Notes: generated by a model from the letters alone, not told the origin. DNA of 62,719 bases from an uncultured virus (IMG/VR IMGVR_UViG_3300043567_001092) (IMGVR_UViG_3300043567_001092), one strand, 5' to 3'. Positions 28,012 to 38,335 are shown, counted from the stretch's first letter. Numbers and translations are program-made.

Positions 28012-28739
28012 ATTGCAACTCCCGTTCCTGTGCCAACTGCCGGCAATCCACACACTTGCGCTCCTGCTGGAGGAACTAGTGGTATACATACACCGATTAT
28101 TGTTACGTTAGCTTTCGCGCTTGACATAACACCATCAGCGTAACCTTTAGCTATCGCATTACAAAAATCTGGCCAGAACTCACCTTTAAGATTAGGTGAA
28201 AAGCTTTGAATACTTGTGCCAACTAAATCTGGCATAATTCCAGTGAATTTATGGTTTAAAAGTGGGTCAACTTGGCCTGATCCTGAATATATAATAGTAT
28301 GAGTGGAATTCAACGTCCAAGCTACAGCAAAGTGTTCTTTCACAGCTTTTGCTATACCATCAGAAATTGCTTTCAAATATTCCCCAGAGTTTTTTGGTTT
28401 AGGTGGCCAGCTATCGTGCATAGTCCCACCGTACTTACTAACAATAGCATCTCTAGCAGAATTGTATATATTCTTGCTGATAAGATTTTGATCTACTATT
28501 ATCCCAGATCCAGTCCCAACTCCTGGCGGAACTAACGGAGCTGAAGTAAATCCGTTATCTGAAGTTGTGAAAGACAATGACGTAGTTGATGCTGCTATGC
28601 CCCGTCCAATTGATTGACACATTTGTGTAAAGTATATTGGATTTTCTTGGGCCATTGGGTCATATCCACTAATTTTTGTCATATTAGTTCTGATATTGGT
28701 TTGAATCATGTTACTAAAAACGTCTGGAATGATTGCCAT
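28008..28739 (-). CDS. Hypothetical baseplate-region protein
   Basis: Coupled to the spike gene, repeated AIAKG-type helices. Confidence 0.6.
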   Translation of the reverse strand: MAIIPDVFSNMIQTNIRTNMTKISGYDPMAQENPIYFTQMCQSIGRGIAASTTSLSFTTSDNGFTSAPLVPPGVGTGSGIIVDQNLISKNIYNSARDAIVSKYGGTMHDSWPPKPKNSGEYLKAISDGIAKAVKEHFAVAWTLNSTHTIIYSGSGQVDPLLNHKFTGIMPDLVGTSIQSFSPNLKGEFWPDFCNAIAKGYADGVMSSAKANVTIIGVCIPLVPPAGAQVCGLPAVGTGTGVAI

Positions 28740-29455
28740 TAAAATGGGCCTCCAGCTTTTACGTTTCTAACACCAATTGACGGCTGACCAGTGATATTAT
28801 CTACTAGCGGCATAGTCTTAGTAGTTAACACTTCGCCCATATCGCCATTTAAGTTTATCTCTTTTGCAGTAATTGTTGCATTATTTGAAGCAGTTACATC
28901 TACATTTTTACAGTTTAAAGTAACATCTCCGGCCACTGTAACCGACATAGCATTCTTAATATTAATCTTTAAATCTTTGGCATCTATTGTAATAGTATTA
29001 CTTGCTTTATCTAAAACTATTTTTTCGCCAACAGAATCATTTAACTCTATGGTATTTTTAGTTAATTTAAAACTAGGTCCAGAATCAGATGTGACAGAAT
29101 AATTGCCGTCTTTGTCTATATATCTAACAATGCTATTAAATCTATTGCGCCAATGTTTTCCTAAGCTAGCATTTTGACTAGCTGGATAATGCCTGGTACC
29201 GCCTTGAATAATTCCAAGTGAAGTATCTCCGCGTGGAAACATAACCATAACCTTAGCGCCAACTTCTAATACTATATCCTCGAAATCATCATTTGTTCCG
29301 AATACATCGCCACGTATACAGCGACAAGGTAATTGAGCATATTCATCCGCTGTGATAAGAACTTGGTATTGGTACTGATAGCCAGATGAGTTGATCTTAT
29401 CTTTTGGCGCATAAACATTTGTTATTGTTCCGAAATAATATCCGTTAAGTTTCAT
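28739..29455 (-). CDS. Baseplate central spike (gpV/gp5-like)
   Basis: N-terminal OB-like VGAKVMVMFPRGD..GIIQG, then beta-helix-type repeats. Confidence 0.75.
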   Translation of the reverse strand: MKLNGYYFGTITNVYAPKDKINSSGYQYQYQVLITADEYAQLPCRCIRGDVFGTNDDFEDIVLEVGAKVMVMFPRGDTSLGIIQGGTRHYPASQNASLGKHWRNRFNSIVRYIDKDGNYSVTSDSGPSFKLTKNTIELNDSVGEKIVLDKASNTITIDAKDLKINIKNAMSVTVAGDVTLNCKNVDVTASNNATITAKEINLNGDMGEVLTTKTMPLVDNITGQPSIGVRNVKAGGPF

Positions 29456-31530
29456 AACTCACCTTCATCATCTCTGTTCTTACGTGCGCCCGTGTACTGT
29501 ATATCAGTAAATCCTGGTAAATTATTTTGATCAATCATAGAGTTAGTAGTTTCAAAATCTATATTGCCAGTTGGGTATTGTGGAATTCCGCTAACTGAGG
29601 ACGCTATCATTCCATTTGAAACTTGACAAACTGTTCTAAACATTTTTCTTCCTGAAGCATCCAAAGATCCTGTGTGAGAAACTGCGTCAATATGGAATAG
29701 GACTCCCCTTACTTGGAGATTATCTCCTTCACAGATTGGCTCTTGAATTCCTTGCAATGACACAGATCCGAAATGTTTTAGGTGTCCATTAAATAGCCAG
29801 TCAGCTCTTTGTCTAGCTAATATATCAACTATGGTTCCGAAGTCATCAGACGCAACGTCGTAATTAGTCTCAGTAATATCAGCTCTTAATCCGTGACGTT
29901 TAATGTCCCCATCATCAGATACATAGTTCGGTTTTAGGAACTGAACTCTTTTCATTGTTTCAGGGCTAACAGCTCCGCCTGATATTTCAGCAGCTCTATT
30001 TCTTCCCCAAACTTGAACAAAGTTAATTCTATTAGATTCGCTTGATGCTGTATCAATACTTAAAAGGACAGATTCGTCAATTATCCAACGCGGCAATTCT
30101 CCGAACATTGTTCTTTCAGCTAGATCTGGAGCAACCTTTGCTATCTTTTCATAAGTTTTAGCCATATCAGAAGTGTTCGGAACCTTGTTCTCTTTCTCTT
30201 TTGCTATCTTATCTTTGATTTGATCAGCAATGCTTTTCTTTTTTGGAGATCCAGCTTTCTTTTCTTGTAACACTGGAGCCTTTTTTAATAGATATGGAAA
30301 TAGCCCGGTGCTTAATGGTTTCTCTCTAACTATTAAATGAGGTCTTATTTGTCCTTGTCTATTGCACCTTAATACAGTGTACATTTCGTTTACAACTGGA
30401 TTTAAGAATTGGGAATATATATTCCAAAATGAGTTATTGTCCCAAATAGGTGGCATTAAAAATGGGACATACCCTTTGCAGCGAGTTTTACTTCTATGGA
30501 AAACACCTTCAGCAGATGATTCTGGAGTAAAGTCTGGGGAGAATTGTTCCCAAGTATTTTTACCTGTATTTTTATATTTTTGTAAGCCCAAGTTTAAATT
30601 GTATAATTGCCACAATTTGCTAGCCTTTGGCGCATGGAAAATGTTAGCTACGCTATCGGGTATTCCAATAGCATCAGAGAAAACCCCTTTTGCTCCCGGT
30701 ATAACATTGTTGGCTAAGTTTGAACTTGTATCAACACCCATTGTTATAATAAACAATAATCCAATGATCGCCTCTGGAGATGTATCCCCAGTTATTCCAC
30801 TTCCGCTTGGGTTTGCTCTATAGAAATTCAGGAACGCTTTACTTAAGTTGGTTAAAGCTGCGTCCATGCCATTTGTTACGCCTTTTTGTGGAATGCTTGC
30901 TTTTTGGCCAGGATTTAATGAATCTCCTAGTTTTTCCAATTCATTTTGTAAAAAGGATTGGGCAGCTAGATTAGAATCTCTTGAATTAAGACCGCTGATA
31001 ACATCTTGCGCTACGAAACTATAATAAACACTTGAGCTTAATTCTAAAAAGGATTGACACGAAACTGTTTGATTTATAGATCTTTGTCCACTTGAAGAAA
31101 TAGAGTCAGAATTCTGTACACTTAAAACTCTTCCAAAGAACTTAAGTCCAGATCTCCAATCATTTAAAGATACTTTGCCTTTACCGAAAAGAGCGTCAAC
31201 TATACCGTCAATATGATTTTGTTGATCAGACATCCACACAAAAACGTAATCACCTGGGGCAACTGCGTGTGGGTACCATATATCACCCGGTTTCATTGTT
31301 AATGAGCAAGTTTTGGCAAATGATGATTTGGAATTATTGATAGAAACAGATACGCAATCATTTTCTACTACCATTAGTGGTTTTTCTGCGAATGGCTTTT
31401 CATTACCTGAATACATAAAGCCTGGAGTTTTAAATCTTACAAACGCAACGCACCATGAAGGGTTTCTGCTTTCAAAGAAATCCCCCTCACTGTCTTTTGT
31501 TGCTGTTAAAAGGTAAGATGGTGCCGTCAT
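29452..31530 (-). CDS. Baseplate hub protein (gp27/gpD-like)
   Basis: Sits between tape measure and spike. C-terminal GSVSLQG..GDNL..FHIDAVSH. Confidence 0.65.
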   Translation of the reverse strand: MTAPSYLLTATKDSEGDFFESRNPSWCVAFVRFKTPGFMYSGNEKPFAEKPLMVVENDCVSVSINNSKSSFAKTCSLTMKPGDIWYPHAVAPGDYVFVWMSDQQNHIDGIVDALFGKGKVSLNDWRSGLKFFGRVLSVQNSDSISSSGQRSINQTVSCQSFLELSSSVYYSFVAQDVISGLNSRDSNLAAQSFLQNELEKLGDSLNPGQKASIPQKGVTNGMDAALTNLSKAFLNFYRANPSGSGITGDTSPEAIIGLLFIITMGVDTSSNLANNVIPGAKGVFSDAIGIPDSVANIFHAPKASKLWQLYNLNLGLQKYKNTGKNTWEQFSPDFTPESSAEGVFHRSKTRCKGYVPFLMPPIWDNNSFWNIYSQFLNPVVNEMYTVLRCNRQGQIRPHLIVREKPLSTGLFPYLLKKAPVLQEKKAGSPKKKSIADQIKDKIAKEKENKVPNTSDMAKTYEKIAKVAPDLAERTMFGELPRWIIDESVLLSIDTASSESNRINFVQVWGRNRAAEISGGAVSPETMKRVQFLKPNYVSDDGDIKRHGLRADITETNYDVASDDFGTIVDILARQRADWLFNGHLKHFGSVSLQGIQEPICEGDNLQVRGVLFHIDAVSHTGSLDASGRKMFRTVCQVSNGMIASSVSGIPQYPTGNIDFETTNSMIDQNNLPGFTDIQYTGARKNRDDEGEL

Positions 31531-33767
31531 TATCTATTCTTTTGTGGTCCGGTTACGACCTGTGGCGGAGCATTACTTGTCCCAACTGGACCTTTTGCCC
31601 CTAGTTTTTGTATTTCATCTATTGTATTTTGGTATCCTTTTATAACAGCTCTTGTTATAGCGTCGGATACCTGAGCGCCTGTTTTATTTAACATATTTTG
31701 CATTGCAGTATCTGCGCCTGCTTCAACTCCAGCTCTTCCTCTATCTGTAATATCAGCACCAGAAACAGCGGCAACTTCCACTGGCTTAGAACCTTCTGGA
31801 GGAGTGAATGAAGCTTTAGCTACATCGAAGAATCCGCCTCCGCCTTTTGTATTATCAAAAGCTTTAAGAGATCCTGTCATGTATAAAGTTGATACGTCTT
31901 TTCCGGTCGCTCTATTTAATCTCTCTAATTCAGGTGCGCCAACACTGCTTGCAAATGCAGTTTTAGCTATATCTAAACTTGAGCCCAAAGCAGCGGCAAC
32001 TTCTTTAGGCGACATTTTGCCGCCCAAATATTTAGAAATTGCTTCATGTGTGCTTGATGCAGTTAAATCCATTTTAGAGAACGTTTCCACAGCAAAGGCA
32101 TTTGTTATGCCCATTGATGCAAGTTTTTGAATCATGATAGTATTGATTCCGCCGCCGCCGATCCCCATTCTTTGTTGCAATGCTTCAAAATTTGTTATGC
32201 CTTGGAATGTTTTTTCAACTCCCGGCAACATAGGGTTAACTGCAGATACTGCGCCGGCAACTGCTCCGCCAACTGTCAATTCGCTTTCGCCCAAACCACG
32301 TTGGCCAGCGCGAGCGGCTATGTAATCATTCATGGCACTTCTAGCCGGTTGATCTAAAACAGAAGTTAATCCAGATATAGCACCAAGTGTATTATACCCA
32401 GCTTGTGCAGCAGGTAAACTGATTCTATTTAAAGCTGCATTTCTTAATTGTGCCTGTTGAGTTGCGGCACTAAATCCATAAGCTGCATTTGCGAATGAAA
32501 ATGATGCAATCTCAGCTTCTCTTCCCATTGGATTAATACCTTGTGCAACCATTGCATTTAAAATTGGATTAGCTCTTGTCATACTAACGCCCTGTCTACT
32601 GATTAAAGCAGACAAAGTATCAGTTGCAGCCACTCCCAAAAGCCTTTGGATTTTTTCTAAATCAGCATCACGAGTCATTCTGTTTGAACCAGCTTCTCGT
32701 CCAGCAAGTCCATATAATTCTAAATCTCTAGATCTATATTCGCCACGAGTTTCAGCTTCAATTTGTTCTCTAGTTTTTTCTGTAGCACGACCAGCAAAAA
32801 AACCGCCAGCGCCACCAATTAAACCACCGAGCAATGTTCCAACTGGACCGCCCATAAATGTACCAGCAACAGCTCCAGCCCCTGCGCCTTGTAAAGCTCT
32901 GGCCCAGGCAGTTTGTAATCTTGTTTTTGAGCTAACCATATTTGAATATGCTGGGTCATTGGTAATATTTGCTTCTAATCCAACACCTGATTCTTGTAAA
33001 AGTAAGGCAGTTGGGTCGCCTTGCATAGCACCCTGAGCAGCGCCAAGTCTCAGACGTCTTTGCGCTAAGTATGCATCAGTCCCCATAGTATAATCTTGTC
33101 TGATGCTTCCTTCATTGTATAAGCCCCAAGCTCTTTCAGCTCCAACATAAGCTCCACCAACTCCAGCCAATAATCTAGGACCATATTGCATTAATGCGCC
33201 ACGAGTAGCGTATTCGCCTAAACCAACAGACGACATTGATGAATATAATCTTTCGTTTATTGGGCTAGCAACTCTAATTTGTTGCTCAAGTTGTTGTTTT
33301 TGTTGTGCAATTGCTACAGCAGATGCTTGTGTAGCGGCAAGTTCTTTTTGTCTTAGAGCTTCCCCAGCTTGAAAATCAGATTCAGACATAGACGCTTTTT
33401 TAGCTCTAAACTTTTCTAATTCCGCCTCATTATCTTTTAATTTTCTTAAAATTTCGTCTGATTGCTGCTCGAAGTGTTTGACTTCAATTTTAGCAGCATC
33501 AATTATTCCTTTATAGCTTTTTCCTAGGAATTCATTCGATTTACGGGTTAGTTCATCAAAAGCATTAGTTATTCCACCTAGACCGCTTTGAGATTTTGTC
33601 AAAGATTCTAATGCTTTAGTGATTGATTGCATTTTTTTGTCAATACCATCAAATGATGTACCGCCAGCATTACCCAAGCTATTTAGGCGCGACTCAGCCT
33701 CTTTTAACAATGTATTCACATTGTCTAAGCCTTCGATTCCTGCTGAAAATGTTAACTTGGCAGCCAC
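31530..33767 (-). CDS. Tape measure protein
   Basis: Ala/Gly-rich helical protein with a GxxxG stretch, downstream of the chaperone pair. Confidence 0.7.
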   Translation of the reverse strand: MAAKLTFSAGIEGLDNVNTLLKEAESRLNSLGNAGGTSFDGIDKKMQSITKALESLTKSQSGLGGITNAFDELTRKSNEFLGKSYKGIIDAAKIEVKHFEQQSDEILRKLKDNEAELEKFRAKKASMSESDFQAGEALRQKELAATQASAVAIAQQKQQLEQQIRVASPINERLYSSMSSVGLGEYATRGALMQYGPRLLAGVGGAYVGAERAWGLYNEGSIRQDYTMGTDAYLAQRRLRLGAAQGAMQGDPTALLLQESGVGLEANITNDPAYSNMVSSKTRLQTAWARALQGAGAGAVAGTFMGGPVGTLLGGLIGGAGGFFAGRATEKTREQIEAETRGEYRSRDLELYGLAGREAGSNRMTRDADLEKIQRLLGVAATDTLSALISRQGVSMTRANPILNAMVAQGINPMGREAEIASFSFANAAYGFSAATQQAQLRNAALNRISLPAAQAGYNTLGAISGLTSVLDQPARSAMNDYIAARAGQRGLGESELTVGGAVAGAVSAVNPMLPGVEKTFQGITNFEALQQRMGIGGGGINTIMIQKLASMGITNAFAVETFSKMDLTASSTHEAISKYLGGKMSPKEVAAALGSSLDIAKTAFASSVGAPELERLNRATGKDVSTLYMTGSLKAFDNTKGGGGFFDVAKASFTPPEGSKPVEVAAVSGADITDRGRAGVEAGADTAMQNMLNKTGAQVSDAITRAVIKGYQNTIDEIQKLGAKGPVGTSNAPPQVVTGPQKNR

Positions 33768-33802
33768 GGTTTAACCTCTTTTAATTGTATCTTGTATATA
33801 TA

Positions 33803-33810
33803 AGATTAGG
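33803..33810 (-). promoter_or_regulatory. Putative late promoter motif CCTAATCT
   Basis: Intergenic, upstream of tape measure. Confidence 0.7.
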
Positions 33811-34227
33811 TCAAAATTCATCAGAATCTTGAAATTCTTCAAAAGGTATTTCTTCATTAACTTCAACTACTTGGTTTTTATCAAACTCTTTATCTATATT
33901 GGCCAATTCTTGTTTATACCATTCGTCATCTTCAAGGTAAACTTGTTCAGCCTCTTCGTCAAGAACAGAGCCTCTAACTGCATCTTCGATAACTTCTTCA
34001 AAGATCTTCTTCTCTTCTTCTGAACCGTTTGCTAGTTTATAAAACTGTTCTTCATAATAATTTTGCAGGACAAACTCATACGGATAATCTAATACCGTTT
34101 TTAACGGGGTGCTAAATTCTCTGCTAAACCAGCGGCAAATGCTTCTATACCAACTATCAAAAGTTGGATTTTTAGTGTCAGCAATTGCCGTGTTTTTAAT
34201 AACTAGGAGTTCGTCCTGAGTAATCAT
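33811..34227 (-). CDS. Putative tail assembly chaperone (second)
   Basis: Position immediately before tape measure, acidic C-terminus. Confidence 0.5.
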   Translation of the reverse strand: MITQDELLVIKNTAIADTKNPTFDSWYRSICRWFSREFSTPLKTVLDYPYEFVLQNYYEEQFYKLANGSEEEKKIFEEVIEDAVRGSVLDEEAEQVYLEDDEWYKQELANIDKEFDKNQVVEVNEEIPFEEFQDSDEF

Positions 34228-34229
34228 TA

Positions 34230-34607
34230 CTAGCCTTTTGCAAGTTGCTCTAAAGCTTTTTTGGCTTTATCTTTTAATTCTTCTTTGCGTTTTTTCTCTT
34301 CTTTTAAACATGCTTCAAAAAGAAGTGGGATAAGATTTTCATCTACTAAATCTAATCCGCTATTTGAATTTGTCCACCAAGCTGGGGCTTCGAGGATTCT
34401 GACAGACAATTCAGCAATCATGTAAGCTTCACCTTGTAAAGCTGGCGGAGCAGCTTGGGAATCATTGCCCAATACAAAGCGACGTTTTTCGTCAGAAACA
34501 AACTGATCTCTTCTGCTTAGTAAAGTTTTTACTTTGAATTTGCCTTCAAAAATGCTTCCTGTTTCAGATCCAACTTCACTAAAATTAATGATACCAACTT
34601 CTTCCAT
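34230..34607 (-). CDS. Putative tail assembly chaperone (first)
   Basis: FEGKFKVK..ELSVRILEAPAWW motif, position before tape measure. Confidence 0.55.
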   Translation of the reverse strand: MEEVGIINFSEVGSETGSIFEGKFKVKTLLSRRDQFVSDEKRRFVLGNDSQAAPPALQGEAYMIAELSVRILEAPAWWTNSNSGLDLVDENLIPLLFEACLKEEKKRKEELKDKAKKALEQLAKG

Positions 34608-34706
34608 TTAAACCTCCGGTAATATAATATACCACATTATTTAGTTTGAATTTAATTTAGTTTCAATTTAATTTTGTGGTATATTTGTTTAATTAAAGGA
34701 GAATAT

Positions 34707-35171
34707 ATGTCTGATAGTTTACCTTCAGCTAAGCAAGAGATGTACCACGTAATCATGTTAACTCCCGATCAGCAATATTCTTTAAAGTTACTAATGCAAA
34801 ATCTTTTTTGCCACTTTTTAACAGATGCCATTAAAAAAGTCTACGATAATAATGATGAGTCTACAGCAGTACATAATACCCACATGTCTATTCTTTATTT
34901 TAAAAAATTTAATGATTTAAATGACTTATTGGCTACAGAAGATCAAGTTAGGACAGCTGACTCTAAAATATTAACTATACAGCCAAGTATGATGAAATCA
35001 ATCGTTAAAGCAGTTGAAGGCTATGATAAAGATAATTGTTATTTAAATAACGATGATTTGAGATGGGTTGAGATACATATCAAAGATTTAACCCAAAAAG
35101 TTCAAGAATCTTACCAATTTACATATAGCATGTCTGAGATACAAACTGAAAAGAAACGTTCTGGAATTTAG
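34707..35171 (+). CDS. Hypothetical protein
   Basis: ATG at 34707 with AAGGAG RBS. Confidence 0.65.
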   Translation: MSDSLPSAKQEMYHVIMLTPDQQYSLKLLMQNLFCHFLTDAIKKVYDNNDESTAVHNTHMSILYFKKFNDLNDLLATEDQVRTADSKILTIQPSMMKSIVKAVEGYDKDNCYLNNDDLRWVEIHIKDLTQKVQESYQFTYSMSEIQTEKKRSGI

Positions 35172-35200
35172 TTGACTTTTGCATTAAAGCAAGGTATAAT
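35172..35200 (+). promoter_or_regulatory. Sigma70-type promoter
   Basis: TTGACT-17bp-TATAAT. Confidence 0.8.
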
Positions 35201-35219
35201 TATATTGTCAGGAGGTTAC

Positions 35220-35507
35220 ATGTACTCAAGAGAATTTAGATTAACATTTGAGGCTGATTGTTTCGGCGATTATGTTAAAAAATTTTATGTTGATGGTTAT
35301 GTTAACAGAAAAAGAGGCAAAGTGACAATTACAGATGTATATTTAACAGATAAAGAGACCGGTGTAGAGTTTGCTGGAAAATTGGAACAACAAGATGCTG
35401 AGAAATTAGCCAACGAATTAGAGAACTTAAAGGATATGGCTGACGACTTAGACTTTTGGCACGATGATTCTTTTGACGAATATGATGAAGACATGGGTGA
35501 TTTATGA
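35220..35507 (+). CDS. Small protein with highly acidic C-terminus
   Basis: AGGAGG RBS then ATG at 35220. Confidence 0.7.
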   Translation: MYSREFRLTFEADCFGDYVKKFYVDGYVNRKRGKVTITDVYLTDKETGVEFAGKLEQQDAEKLANELENLKDMADDLDFWHDDSFDEYDEDMGDL

Positions 35508-35698
35508 TTAATTTAATCGGTTTTGTGGTTTTATTATTTATGGCGTATGTTGTTAGTTCTATTTTGTTTTTACGAAAAGAATTAAGCGATTTAGATCTTT
35601 TAACACAACAAAGGGTAAGACACCTTAGAAAGCAAGTTGCTGAATTAAAACTTAAAAATTTAAAAGGTTCTAAGCTAGAGAACGATATCGAGGTTTAA
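35504..35698 (+). CDS. Small membrane-anchored coiled-coil protein
   Basis: N-terminal hydrophobic helix. Confidence 0.6.
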   Translation: MINLIGFVVLLFMAYVVSSILFLRKELSDLDLLTQQRVRHLRKQVAELKLKNLKGSKLENDIEV

Positions 35699-35699
35699 G

Positions 35700-35888
35700 A
35701 TGACTAAGCGCGAATTGTCCGCATCTGTTTACATATTGGTTACTTTTATTATATGCTATTTTGCTTATGGTGTTTATCAGACAAAACAACAAATTTCTCA
35801 AGCTTGTGAAGATCAGTGCTACCCGGCGGATGTTAAAGACGCAGATATGCAATATTGTAAATGTTTTTACAAAAAAGCTGGGATGTAA
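35700..35888 (+). CDS. Small membrane protein with Cys-rich C-terminus
   Basis: Hydrophobic helix, CxxxC..CxC. Confidence 0.6.
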   Translation: MTKRELSASVYILVTFIICYFAYGVYQTKQQISQACEDQCYPADVKDADMQYCKCFYKKAGM

Positions 35889-36061
35889 TGGTTAAAAGAG
35901 AGCGCATTAGTCTTGGTCTTAATGGTAAAATAAGTTTAGTAATCGGCGATCAAGTCGGATACGATCTATTAAATCATTTGTACACGAAGCTCTATAAAGA
36001 TTTAAACTATAGTATTGCAATTAAACTACGTTCATACTTATACGAGAAACCCCAAAAATGA
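35888..36061 (+). CDS. MKKRxQ-family microprotein (dispersed)
   Basis: ATG at 35888 gives MVKRERI. Confidence 0.7.
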   Translation: MVKRERISLGLNGKISLVIGDQVGYDLLNHLYTKLYKDLNYSIAIKLRSYLYEKPQK

Positions 36062-36255
36062 ATAAGAGAGATCAACACACCATTTCATTTGATTATGAGC
36101 TGAGGACAGTATTTCATAATTATTTTTCAACACAAATGCATGGCGATCTTACAAGAGATGTGTGGATGGAAATTTGGGAAAAACTCGCCTACCAACTAAA
36201 AGATAATATGAAAGATAAAGTTAAAGACGTAATTAAGGACAGAATTTCAAAATGA
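36058..36255 (+). CDS. MKKRxQ-family microprotein (dispersed)
   Basis: Starts MNKRDQH, contains WEKLAYQL. Confidence 0.72.
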   Translation: MNKRDQHTISFDYELRTVFHNYFSTQMHGDLTRDVWMEIWEKLAYQLKDNMKDKVKDVIKDRISK

Positions 36256-37142
36256 AAAAGTTTTATGTATTTGATGTTTCAAATCTATTCTATCGTGGTA
36301 TCTATGGATCTCAATTAACAACGTCTGAAGGTCGTCCTGTACAGGGATTGCACGGATTCATCCAAATTTCTCAAGGGATTATAAAAGATCACAAGCCGGA
36401 TTATATGCTATTTGCATTAGAGGGCGGCAACCAGCTCAGAAAAAGCATCGACCCGAACTATAAAGCAAACAGACCTCCACTTGAGGAAGATATCAAATGG
36501 CAAAAAGATTTATTACCTGAACTAATATCTGCTATGGGATATCCAAGTTGGTCTAGCCGTGGGTTTGAGGCTGATGATGTAATTAATGCTATGGTTAAAT
36601 TAGGACAAAAGCAAAATCTTGAAGTTGTTATAGTAAGCAGCGATAAAGATTTTAATTGTTTATTGGGCGAAAATGTTTCTATGTATAATTTAGGTGCTGA
36701 TAAATATGTCACGAGTCAATCCGTCTTAGAGAAGTACGGCATAACTACAAATCAATTCCAAGATTATCTGGCAATTGTTGGCGATACGGCAGATAATATC
36801 AAAGGCGTATCTGGAGTTGGACCAAAAGGAGCCGCCCAAGCTCTTCAGTCATTTGGTACATTAGAAAATATATATAACAACATAGGAGCCCTAAAGCCTA
36901 GCCTAGCTAAGAAATTTTCTAATTCAATAGAAGACGTTAAATTGGCTAGGAGGCTAGTAGCATTGCATTGGCCATCGGACATACCTGAAGACTTAGACGT
37001 AACGCAATTTGCGTACGGTGAAGTAAATGCCGATAAGCTTAAACCATTGCTTAGAATGTTAGAATTCAGAGACTTTGAAAAAATATTTTTTGGCGCACAA
37101 ATTCTTATCCTAAACGGTATAGAATTTGGAACAAGAAAGTGA
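36252..37142 (+). CDS. 5'-3' exonuclease / flap endonuclease (Pol I N-terminal type)
   Basis: DVSNLFYR, YKANR, GFEADDVI, SSDKDF, GDTADNIKGVSGVGPKGA motifs. Confidence 0.95.
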   Translation: MKKFYVFDVSNLFYRGIYGSQLTTSEGRPVQGLHGFIQISQGIIKDHKPDYMLFALEGGNQLRKSIDPNYKANRPPLEEDIKWQKDLLPELISAMGYPSWSSRGFEADDVINAMVKLGQKQNLEVVIVSSDKDFNCLLGENVSMYNLGADKYVTSQSVLEKYGITTNQFQDYLAIVGDTADNIKGVSGVGPKGAAQALQSFGTLENIYNNIGALKPSLAKKFSNSIEDVKLARRLVALHWPSDIPEDLDVTQFAYGEVNADKLKPLLRMLEFRDFEKIFFGAQILILNGIEFGTRK

Positions 37143-37170
37143 TTGAAAATTATTAATTATCTGTTACAAT
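37143..37170 (+). promoter_or_regulatory. Sigma70-type promoter
   Basis: TTGAAA-16bp-TACAAT with extended TG. Confidence 0.5.
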
Positions 37171-37191
37171 GACAACTGTGGAGGAACTAAA

Positions 37192-37566
37192 ATGAGACAA
37201 GTGTTAATAGAAAAAAATGAATTGATCAATGAGATAAGTGGGTCTAAAATTAAATTTGAGGTAAACGATATTGAAATCTTGCCGTTTTCGATTGATAAAC
37301 ACGGCGTGATGGTTAGATTTCCTTTTTCTGTCAAATCATTGTCTGGTGGAAAATTAGATTTAGACTTCTCGTTACCAAAAGATCTTGTTTCTAAAGGTGT
37401 TTGCCTAATGGGTGCTTATTGGGAAAATAATGAGATAACTGCATATTTAACAAGCACCTTAGATAAGGTTGAAGTTGAAAAGAATGACGTGTTTCTAATC
37501 GCCACTCTAATTGAAGTAGTTTATTTTAGACAGATCTCTAAGGAAGTGTCTGAGATACGGGAATAG
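37192..37566 (+). CDS. Hypothetical protein
   Basis: GGAGG RBS, beta-rich. Confidence 0.65.
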   Translation: MRQVLIEKNELINEISGSKIKFEVNDIEILPFSIDKHGVMVRFPFSVKSLSGGKLDLDFSLPKDLVSKGVCLMGAYWENNEITAYLTSTLDKVEVEKNDVFLIATLIEVVYFRQISKEVSEIRE

Positions 37567-37574
37567 TATTTTAA

Positions 37575-37970
37575 TTATTTTAGTGCTTGTACAATACCAA
37601 GAACAGTCGCGATTGCACCGACTAGCCAAATAATGGCTTTTATGCTTATAGAGACCATGCTTACATGGTCTTCAATTGGCTCCATTCTCTCTTCTAAGAG
37701 AGCAGTTCTCTTCATGTGTTCTCTTAAGTTTTCTTCTTGCTTATCTAATAAAACATTATTTTTTGCTAAAGTTGTGTTAATGTCCTGCAAAGATCTGCTG
37801 ATATCTGTGATCTCTCTAGCCATCTCAGAATCTGCATCAAAGTGGGCCTCAAGAAGGGTCGTTTGTTTTACGACAGAATTTGAAATCTCACGTAATTCAT
37901 CGTGAAACTGATTTTGCATGTCAGTTTGTTTTTGATCTAGAAGTTCTATGCTTCTTCTTACGTCATCCAT
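37575..37970 (-). CDS. Coiled-coil protein with C-terminal TM helix (lysis-cassette type)
   Basis: Long heptad region then AIIWLVGAIATVLGIV. Confidence 0.6.
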   Translation of the reverse strand: MDDVRRSIELLDQKQTDMQNQFHDELREISNSVVKQTTLLEAHFDADSEMAREITDISRSLQDINTTLAKNNVLLDKQEENLREHMKRTALLEERMEPIEDHVSMVSISIKAIIWLVGAIATVLGIVQALK

Positions 37971-38011
37971 TTCAATTACCTTTACTAAAACCCTAATACC
38001 TTACAATAAGT

Positions 38012-38019
38012 AGATTAGG
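38012..38019 (-). promoter_or_regulatory. Putative late promoter motif CCTAATCT
   Basis: Overlaps the upstream stop codon, about 40 bp before 37970. Confidence 0.6.
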
Positions 38020-38335
38020 TATTAATATTATCGTTTTCAGAGGTATTTTTCTCTTTTTCTTCTTTATTTGTACCTTCTATGCGGTTACTGCCATTAATCC
38101 ACGTTCTTCCGAAGTGTAACCCAGCGGAAGCATAGAAGAATTGTAGGGCCTGATTTACGTCTATTTTAAGGTCTAGGCCGTATTTTCCCACAATACCAAT
38201 AATTACTAGCAAACTGCTTATAACAACTAAAGTTAGGCTTTCGCTTGCCCTACCCTCATCCCTAACCATTGGAATTGGAATTCCCTTAGAATTCATATTA
38301 TTTATTATTTGTAACCATTTATCTTTTAATTTCAT
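38015..38335 (-). CDS. Putative holin-like membrane protein
   Basis: Two hydrophobic segments and a charged C-terminus. Confidence 0.5.
   Translation of the reverse strand: MKLKDKWLQIINNMNSKGIPIPMVRDEGRASESLTLVVISSLLVIIGIVGKYGLDLKIDVNQALQFFYASAGLHFGRTWINGSNRIEGTNKEEKEKNTSENDNINT

Noticed and set aside
367..33767. Many plus-strand ORFs overlapping the long minus-strand virion genes
   Set aside because: Antisense shadows of real genes, without recognisable motifs.
37192..37566. dUTPase-like protein
   Set aside because: The size and beta pattern are loosely compatible, but the conserved dUTPase motifs are not recognisable.
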